A DNA stretch of 54,829 nucleotides, filler included, from Sphacelaria rigidula (Eukaryota), in assembly GCA_964200075.2 (NCBI GenBank). It is 4 parts of 4 records of this genome, joined end to end, with 100 filler letters (N's around TTAATTAATTAA, not from the genome) between each part and the next. Parts side by side here need not be neighbours in the genome. Positions count along the whole stretch, not along the records: positions 41,201 to 54,829 come from CAXNAA020002759.1; 3 more parts are not named here. One strand, 5' to 3'. Shown in pieces: positions 46,770-54,829 of this stretch (position 1 is the first letter of the stretch; each line of letters starts with the position of its first letter). The notes below the pieces were generated by a model. It saw only the letters and a program-made list of their open reading frames with translations, was not told the origin of the DNA and ran no database searches. Made by a program: the position numbers and the translations under genes.

Positions 46770-48068
46770 ACTCGCTTGATGGTGTGCGCTCACATGCGGT
46801 CGGCTGATCACCGTGGTGTGGCGCCGACTCTGTTTCGTTTGAAATAATACTGTGTGTGGCCTCACATGGATTCCCACGTTCGCGAGTTCGTTCGCCCAGC
46901 ATTTGAATTGTGTGGAAACTCGTGCTGGTGAGATTGCACCTCGCCCGTATGGTGATACTGTACATGGCACTGCGCCAGGTGAAGTTGTTCACTTTGATTG
47001 TCTGTACGTGGGAAGTAGCGGACCTGAAGGTGCTAATGGTCTACCTGAGGAAGATGGTTTCCGGTACGTGTTGGTTATCATCGATGATTTGTCCAATTTC
47101 GTCGCTTGGAGCCGACCGAGGCTTGCACCGCCGAGGTTACGGCTACACACTTGCTCCACTGGTGCAAGACTTTGGGGGTGCCGCGTGTTTGGTTTAGTGA
47201 TACCGCCACGCACTTCAAGGATCGAGTGATTGCGCAGCTGAGCGATGTGCTGAAGGTGCAACACCAATTTGCTGTGGCGTATACCCCTTGGTTGAATGGT
47301 GCTTGTGAACGCACGGTGAATATTCGTGCGTTGCGGTCCATTTTGTCGGAACAAAGACGACCGGAGTCTGAATGGGTTGGTATTTTGCCAGCCGCTCAGT
47401 GGGCGTTAGATACTTCTTTTCGTAAACGCTACCGTAACACTCCGTATTGTGTGATGTTTGGGCGTACGCCGCGTACAGGGTTTTCCGCGCTGGCTTTGGT
47501 CACTGGCGGCGAGTGGACCGTCGATGTCATGGGTTCTGATTCGTTGCGTGACAAGGTTCGGGGCGTGGTTGACGAGCAAGTGCGGTTTTGTAACGAAGTG
47601 CAAGCTGCTGTCGCAGCGTCTCGCGAAACCAAACGCAAGCTTGTTCAGGGCCAGGCTGTGTTGCCCAAGTTTGCAGTTGGAGATTGCGTTTTGTATGCCC
47701 GTGTTCGTAGGCAAGGTATGACGCCAAAGTTGGTGTCCACGTGGACAGGTCCGTGGCAAGTGGTCGGAGTCGATCACGCTCACGTGTTTTCGGTGCAGAA
47801 CATTGTTTCTGGCGCCGTGCACTCGGCCCATGTCGCTCGTTTACGTTTCTATGCTAACTCGCAGTTGCACATCACTGCGGAACTAAAATATGTATTTCAG
47901 CATTCGTATGCTCAAGGTGAATGTCGGATGAATGCTATCGTGCACGTCGCTGAGGATGACAATGGTGATGTTATTGTTTTGGTCGATTGGGAAGGGTTCG
48001 GTGCTGAAGAAAGGGTACGAGGGAGTCTCTTCGCAATATTCATTTTTTTGCGCCTGAATTTGTTTTGA
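46770..48068 (+). pseudogene. Integrase (zinc finger, rve core, GPY/F) + chromodomain, frameshifted
   Basis: AHMRSADHRG, VVHFDCLYV..YVLVIIDDLSNF, SDTATHF, YTPWLNGACER, WTGPWQV, IVLVDWEGFGAEE. Confidence 0.92.
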
Positions 48069-48218
48069 AGGAACGGCGTAAAATGTGGTTGACTCGGGTC
48101 TAGTAAATTAGAGTCGGCGTATGGTGTTTCTTTGTGATCTGGCGCATGTGATCTCGCCTTGGGTTTTGTTGGTTGTCGCAAGCTCATTTGTTTGTCTTGA
48201 ACTCGCTTTGGGGGGTGC

Positions 48219-48537
48219 TGTAGCCAAATGATACGAAGCCGTAGGTTTCAGTATAATCGCATGTATGATTGGAGCAGTGGCAGGGGACAGGGGATCCTGG
48301 ATTGATGACCCTTACCTATGTGGCCCCTTGCTATTTAGCCTTTGATGTGGTCTGTAGAGGATCACTCCGCAATAATGATAAGTGAGAAGGAAGGACTTAT
48401 TGAGCATGAGGCCAGTGATACTGGAGGAGTCCCTCGTGGATAGCCCTCTTTTCTAGATCGTCTGGCAGAGGTTATAGCACACGAGGAGAACACGGGACGG
48501 CCAGCCGTACTAACGATCCGATTCTTGTTGTGCACAC
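48219..48537 (+). repeat. 3' LTR (right end truncated or uncertain)
   Basis: Follows the PPT; aligns to the 5' LTR up to gattcttg at ~48520. Confidence 0.85.
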
Positions 48538-48563
48538 TCTCATCAAATAATGTCAACGATAGA

Positions 48564-48988
48564 CATGATGGATTCTCGAAAATGGGGTTGAAAACAAAAG
48601 GAGGCTCAACTCACAAGCCGTGTTTTCCCTGGCCTAAATTCATGAGAAATTACCTTCATATGGACGACCTCATCTCTCCCGATCCCCCAAAACCTGTTTC
48701 GGGGGGTTCCTAGCCTTCCGTGTCCCCAACGGGTATCTGCGAAAGCACGATTTCTGGGCCAAGAAACGTCCTTTTTCCACCCCGAAATCGAGGCAAAAGA
48801 GTGCTTTCGCACATACCTTTTGCGGGAACGGAAGGCTAGGAACCCCCCGAAATAGTTTTTGGGAGGTCGGGAAGGATGAAGTCGTCGGTATGAAAGTCAT
48901 TTCTCATTAATTTGGGTCAGGGAAAGCACGGCTTTTGAGTTGAACCTCATATTTGTCGAACCCCATTTTCGAAACTCCACTGTTATTT
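48564..48988. mobile_element. Palindromic MITE, ~185-bp imperfect TIRs (AATGGGGTT/ATGAGGTTC-type end family)
   Basis: tggattctcgaaaatggggttg...ttcctagccttccg mirrors cggaaggctaggaa...aaccccattttcgaaactccactgttattt. Confidence 0.88.
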
Positions 48989-49042
48989 GCAGGCCAACGC
49001 TGGTTGTCTCTACTGGCACAACTCGCGATAAATCGTCAGTCC

Positions 49043-49259
49043 TGTAATGCGTGAGAGGACCGCGTGCTTAGAGGACCGCGCCGTAGTTCAAAACACCGAA
49101 GGATCGATGTTTTTCAAAACCAATCGGGCCTGTCCCTGCATGTACCACGCCCCTCACCATAACCCTAACACTAACCCTAACCCTAACCCTAACCCTAACC
49201 ATGGGGATGTTCAATCTCCGATGCGGTCCTCTAAGCACGCGGTCCTCTCACGCATTACA
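49043..49259. mobile_element. 217-bp MITE with perfect 37-bp TGT..ACA TIRs, 5-bp TSD AGTCC, internal (CCCTAA)n
   Basis: TIRs 49043-49079 and 49223-49259 are exact reverse complements; AGTCC at 49038-49042 and 49260-49264; taaccc repeats at 49160-49200. Confidence 0.95.
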
Positions 49260-51113
49260 AGTCCGACCGAGCTGAAGGAACGTGAGCTTCTTAGACGGCC
49301 TAACCGCTGCTACATTGTGGCAACAGCAAAGGAGGAAAGAAAATGGGTGTCGTGATGTGTGGCTTAATTGAGTAGTTTGAAATACTCCTATGGACGGCTC
49401 ACGCGGGCTCGGTGAGGTGTGCGTGCGTTCAGCTACTTCCGAGGGCGGGGGCCTGTTTCTGTATGCGTGACCGCCAGTGCCGTATCCGTTGCTTGAACCA
49501 ACCATCGATGATGCGACAACCACCCGTTGGAGACCGAAGAGCCTAGCGTGAGCGTGACACCAGCCCCGAGATCAGGACAGTACGGTGTTCCACAACCTCC
49601 CGCATCACAAAAGAGCGATGGCTTAGCAGAGGTACGCTCTCGGCCTATCGGTGGCCCAGATGAAGTACAATTGAAAAATAATTCCTAGATCAGGTATACC
49701 TTGGCGAAATGTGGCCTGCAAAAGGTAGGCGATTTCTGGAGGCGGAATGTCCGTTTTCGCGTGGCCATATATCTCGAGTAACGTGTTTGTTATCCGTTTT
49801 TTTCGAGCCCAGAGTGCCAATGCCCTTCCCGATGATGTGTGTGGAAGCAGCCAGAGCGAAAACGGTTCAAATGGCGTGTTTGGCTGTTTTTGCGTTTCTG
49901 GCCATTTTTAGTACCTTTCTCTCAGGCAAAAAACGAGGTATACCTTTCCTAGATCATTGCCCAACAAAAACCCACACGTCGGACGAGCCCGAGTATGACT
50001 CGCGGCACTCGCACTCGTTGGGCTGCTCGTTGGCCGTAAACGTTGATAGGGCGAGCACTCGAGTCATTGCTCGTTGTGGAAAAATTAATAGGGCGAGTAC
50101 TCGAGTCATTGCTCGTTGTGGGGAAAAAATGCGTACGTCGGACGAGCACGAGTGTGACTCGTGGCACTCGCACTCGTTGAGCTGCTCGTTGACCGTGAAA
50201 AATAATAGAGCGAGGACGCGAATCATTGCTCGTTGTGGAAACGAACTAAGACGGCGAGCACTCGAGTCATCGCTCATTGTGGAAACAAACTAAGAGGGCG
50301 AGCACTCGAGTCATTGCTCGATGTGGGAAAAACCAGTATAGTAGGGCGAGCACCGGAGCCATTGCTCGTTGTGGAAACAAAGTAGGAGGGCGAGCACTCG
50401 AGTCATTGCTCGATGTGGGAAAAATCAGTACACAGTAGGGCGAGCACTCAAGCCATTGCTCGTTGTGGGCGAAAATGAATACGTCGGACGAGCACGAGTG
50501 TGGCTCGTGGCCCTCGCACTCGTTGGGCTGCTCGTTGACCGTGAAACATAATAATTGAGCGAACACTCGAGTCATTGCTCGTTGTGGAAACGAAATAGTA
50601 GGATGAGCACTCGAGTCATCGCTCGTTGTAGAAAAGATAAGAAGGCGAGTACCCGAGTCATTGCTCGTTGTGGAAAAGAAGTAGTAGGGTGAGCACTCGA
50701 GTCATTGCTCGTTGTAGAAAAATAAGAAGGCGAGTACTCGAGTCATTGCTCGCTGTGCGAAAAAAATGCCTACATCGGACGAGCACGAGTGTGACTCGTG
50801 GCTCTCGCACTCGTTGGGCTGCTCGTTGACCGTGAAAAATAATGGATCGAGCACTCGAGTCATTGCTCGTTGTGGAAACGAACTAAGACGGCGATCACTC
50901 GAGTCATTGCTCATTGTGGAAACAAACTAAGAGGGCGAGCACTCGAGTCACTGCTCGTTGTGGGAAAAATCAGTACAGTAGGGTGAGCACTACTGGAGCC
51001 ATTGCTCGTTGTGGAAACAAAATAATAGGGTGAGCGCTCGAGTCATTGCTCGTTGTAAAAACAAACTCATCGGGCGAGCACTCGAGTCATTGCTCGTTGT
51101 GGAAAAAAATTGA

Positions 51114-51456
51114 CCCCTTTTGAACGGGACGTCCAGAACGACCAATGAGGCTGATTGGGAGTGACGTGTCTGGCGTCTGCACGAAACATTGGCATATTTT
51201 TGAAAATCCGCGTATGTAACCGCAGGGTTATGAGGAAGACCGAAAGTTTCATCTAATCTACTTTCAGGTGCAAGGTGCGCATTAGGTGATGTACATCTGA
51301 TGTAGCAGCAAGCAATAATATGTGTCGCCGTCGCGAGCTTTCAACAGGATTTCGCCTCGCCGTGATTGGGCAGATCGCTCCCTGGCTTATTTTGTTTTGT
51401 TCTACCAACACATACATGGTCAACGCCGTGTTAGTGGGAGTTCGGTCCCAAACGGG
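51114..51456. mobile_element. piggyBac-type MITE nested in the minisatellite
   Basis: TTGA|CCCCTTT...AAACGGG|TTAA; cleanly interrupts a repeat linker. Confidence 0.6.
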
Positions 51457-51711
51457 TTAAGAGGGCGAGAACTCGAGTCATTGGTCGTCGTGGGAAAAAA
51501 TAATAGAGCGAGCACTCGAATTATTGCTCGTTGTGGAAACAAACTACGAGGGCGAGCACTCGAGTCGCTGTTCCTTGGAAAAATCGATACAGTAGGGGGA
51601 CCACTCGAGCCATTACTCGTTGTGGAAAAAATTCACCCGTTAGTGGGGGGTCGGTCCCGAAAGGGTTACTGGGGCGAGCACTCGAGTCATTGCTCGTCGT
51701 GGAAAAAAATA

Positions 51712-52105
51712 AGGTCTTGTTATTTACGTCAACGTTGACGTAATCTGTTACATCCGTCAACGTTCAGCATCCGTCTCACAAGCCCCGCATGGACACAGCA
51801 ACACATGAAAAACACTCATACAGTCTCTAGCTATCGTTCAAGCCATCGCACGGAGCAAACGGACCCGTAACGGATGAGATACATGAATGATGCATGGTGG
51901 CATGCCACAAGAGTGCTCACTCTGCCATAAGCATGTATCTCATCCGTTATGGGCCCGTTTGCTCCGTGCGATGGTTTGACCGATAGCTAAAGACTGTGTG
52001 AATGTTTTCCATGTGTTGCTGTGTCCATATGGCGCTTGTGGGACGGATGCTGAACGTTGACGGGTGCAACAGATTACGTCAACGTTGACGTAAATAGCAA
52101 GACTC
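51712..52105. mobile_element. Palindromic MITE, ~172-bp TIRs (GGGTCTTG consensus), probable 9-bp TSD, MULE-like
   Basis: 51712-51885 mirrors 51932-52105; flanks AAAAAAATA / GAAAAAATG (7/9). Confidence 0.88.
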
Positions 52106-54113
52106 GAAAAAATGATGGAGTAAGCACCCGAGCCATTGCTCATCGTGGAAAAAAAGTGATAGTGCGAGCACTCGACTCATTGCTCGTCGTGGAAAAAACG
52201 TAATAGGGCGAGCAATCGAGTCATTGCTCGTTGTGGGAAAAGAATAATGGGGCGAGCACTCGAGTCATTGCTCATTGTGGAGAAAAAATAATAGGGCGAG
52301 CACTCGAGTCATTGCTCGTTGTGAAAAAAAGTAATGACTGACTCGAGCACGCGAGTCATGCTCTTCGTGTTTTCAAAAAACACTCACGAGTGCACTCGTT
52401 TCGACGAGTAATGACTCGTCCGACGTGTGCAAAAATCCCGACCTGATTGGTCGTAATTTCAACCATCGTCGGAAAGTTAAGATGGTTGAAATCACGACCT
52501 ATTAGATCGGGACTGTTGTTTTCGACCGCACAACTTCAATCTAAAATAATGTGCTGAAACTCGGCCTTGGCTCGGACCCAAACATAGCAAAACGAACTGA
52601 ATCAGTTCCGCCGCAGGGACTCGTTCGAGCTCAAAATGTTTTGAAGACACGGCCGGGTAAGACACGCCCTTTTCCACTAAATTCCACTTCACGTTTGTCG
52701 TTGAAAGTGGACACCGTCGTTCGAGCGTCCTTGTTAGAGCATTTCGAACTCGGCTCCCGGTATTTTTATCCTCGTTTGTTTTGTTCATTTTTTTTTTTGG
52801 AAGTGATGGCGATTCATCGCATGATGATGAGAGACCCTTTGTCTGCAACGCCAGGCCCTCCCATGAATCGCGATCACTTTCACTTGAAAAAATAGTACAC
52901 GAATCAGAGCCAGCGAATAAACCAGGATACCGCGAGCCGAGTTTGAGATTTTCTAGTACTAGGAAGACACACTCATCCATACTGCTTGACACCGTTTCAT
53001 CCAAATACAAGCGCACCGCGAGTAAGTTAGGTCGTCTGGCGTAAATATGAACCTCTGTTTTCCGTGGAATTGTACCCCCCCCCCGTTCCCCTCCATTGAT
53101 GGGGTCTGACTCATTTGCAGTGAACCAACCGACGATAGACAGGGATAGCGAAAAGGTGTCGAGAACTTTCTTCTCCCCTCGTCAACCTCGTTCGCGTTGT
53201 TGGCTACTCTTTTCTTCAGCCGTGCAATCACGGCCTAATTCGCCTGCGTGAGGTTAGGTGTGGCTGTAACAGCTCATGTTTGTTTATAGTTCGACCTAGC
53301 TCGTACATGTTGTTGCTTTCCTTTACTCCAATCCTCCGCTATTTCGTAGGTGAGAACATGACAGCTTATCGTGCGCGCTAGAAGTGAAGGGAGATCCAAC
53401 GTGACTCCGCTCACCTGAACTCATAGCATGGTCACTGGAGTTTTGAACCAGATCACCGAGGATATAAGCCGATTGGGGAGGAGCTGATGCCGGAATAACA
53501 CCTGTTTTTTCGCGTTGTTGATCAAGCACGGACGTTTAGTGCTGGCTGAGTCGACGGTCAAATGCCCGCTCCATGCTCGAGATACACGCTGTGTGGTCCC
53601 TTCCGGCATGACACATGTAATTCTTTTTACTTTGTTGCATATGGTCCCGACGCCCTCGTGCCGCGCTCACTCTACGTAATCAAGTCCATAATTCGGGTGA
53701 TGCACTTTAATGCAGACATAATCCATTAACGTCGAGCTTAAGCATCACTCGCCTTCGGTGCGGGTTGATGTGCCGGTGGTGAAAAGTAACCCGAGCAAGG
53801 AAAGTCCTGCAGCCCTCGCATTTAATGGTTCATCTCTTCGCAGGCACGCTGTGGATCAAGGCTACGTCTTCGACGCTAACAGGCGCCGGAGATGCTAAGG
53901 AAGATGTCCGATAGTGACTACTTGCTTCGGTGGCAAGTGCGATCGTCGTCTAGCTCCGTATTCAGGTGTATAAACAACGCTGTGAGTGGGCAAAACAATA
54001 CGAACGTTCCTGCGAGAAGCACATGATGCCAGGAACGTTCGCATTTTTTTACCGCCAACATGCCCCCCTGCCCTCTGGTTTCGGAGATGCCAATTCATTA
54101 GCTTAATGTTCAA

Positions 54114-54216
54114 CCCTTAAGCCGCGGTGCGTGGTAGTCCATCTGGATCACCTACCCTTTTGTCAAGTGAATATTGATGCCGATTCAGCAGGTGACTAAC
54201 CCTCGCGGTCAAAGGG
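54114..54216. mobile_element. 103-bp piggyBac-type MITE
   Basis: TCAA|CCCTTAAGCCGCG...CGCGGTCAAAGGG|TTAG; its right ~38 bp recurs inverted at ~36851-36888. Confidence 0.6.
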
Positions 54217-54577
54217 TTAGCCCTTTTGGGACCGTACTCCCAGGAACATGGTCTTTGCACGGAAGGGTCATGTAGTGAATCGGCATCATTTTTACTTGAA
54301 ACCAACTGACGATGATACCGTGTGACAACCTGGCACCTCGAGTTAGAGGTATCTCAATCTCGGTTCGCGGTTTCCTCTTGGGATAAACGACTCGGACCTA
54401 CTTCGCTTGTTTTGAGAAGCATCTATATAGCAGATATATCAGCAGTGTGACATTTATCATGAACAAGTGCGAAGAAGGTGAGTAAGTACTGTAGTGTCCC
54501 GCACCTTATAACAGCGACGTAATGAATCAAAACATGGTTCATCTCTCGACTCCCCTGGGAGCCGAACCATCTTATTA

Positions 54578-54721
54578 TGAGGGTTAGGGTTAGTATTGGG
54601 GTTAGGATCAGGGGCGTGGTACCTGTAAGGACTGACCCGATTGATTTTCAAAAACGTCGATCATGAGGTATTTTGAACTACGGCGCGGTCCTCTAAGCAC
54701 GCGGTTCTCTCACGCATTACA
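54578..54721 (-). mobile_element. Partial second copy of the TGT..ACA / telomere-repeat MITE
   Basis: Reverse complement of the left part of 49043-49259, including one TIR (54685-54721) and GGGTTA repeats. Confidence 0.88.
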
Positions 54722-54829
54722 ACAGGCTAGCAAAAAACCAAGAAAAACAATTTGCTTTTGGCTCAAGAACTATGGATTATTTGGGATGTAGAAAAAACGT
54801 AAAACTAAAACGAACAAAACTGCGAGACA

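Larger units (their letters stand above)
43455..48537 (+). mobile_element. Ty3/gypsy chromodomain-bearing LTR retrotransposon, two LTRs, degenerate
   Basis: 5' LTR 43455-~43767, gag from ATG 43900, protease, truncated RT, integrase + chromodomain, PPT GGGGGG 48210-48215, 3' LTR from 48219. Both LTRs start TGTAGCCAAAT. Confidence 0.95.
49973..52429. mobile_element. 2457-bp non-autonomous TIR element filled with minisatellite; 15-bp TIR CACACGTCGGACGAG, 8-bp TSD
   Basis: TIRs 49973-49987 and 52415-52429; flanks CAAAAACC / CAAAAATC; about 30 copies of GGGCGAGCACTCGAGTCATTGCTCGTTGTGG + A-rich linker. Confidence 0.9.

Noticed and set aside
49160-49200. Chromosome end or true telomere
   Set aside because: Only about seven units, internal to a TIR/TSD-bounded MITE.
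49973-52429. CRISPR-like array (palindromic ~31-bp repeats with variable spacers)
   Set aside because: The linkers are only ~10-18 nt, A-rich and related to each other; repeats are degenerate and form higher-order duplications; no cas genes; eukaryotic context; the array is bounded by TIRs and a TSD.

Overview
Eukaryotic, repeat-rich genomic DNA, most consistent with a brown alga or related stramenopile. This assignment is an inference from the long GT-AG introns, (CCCTAA)n repeats and TE style. The window is not one locus: it is four unlinked contigs of almost identical length (13,634 / 13,633 / 13,633 / 13,629 bp) joined by artificial 100-bp N44-TTAATTAATTAA-N44 spacers. Contig 1 (1-13634) carries the only clear host gene, the 3' eight exons of SRP54 on the minus strand (452 aa, N-terminus missing at the contig end). 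Its introns hold a tRNA-like Pol III/SINE head, a duplicated ~270-bp repeat and a probable decayed non-LTR RT. Contig 2 (13735-27367) holds a Ty1/copia RT-RNase H fragment, a decayed minus-strand Ty3/gypsy element (with a 4x88-bp tandem array and a perfect 52-bp-arm hairpin) and MITEs. Contig 3 (27468-41100) is almost entirely bracketed by a two-tier long inverted repeat enclosing ~11.4 kb of unidentified decayed ORFs and nested elements. Contig 4 (41201-54829) holds a two-LTR chromodomain gypsy element and a cluster of non-autonomous DNA transposons. These include a TGT..ACA MITE with a 5-bp TSD and telomere-like repeats, and a 2.46-kb TIR element filled with a palindromic minisatellite and nested piggyBac-type and MULE-type MITEs. 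No rRNA, intact tRNA gene, CRISPR array or cas gene is supported. All family assignments come from motifs read by eye; no database searches were run.
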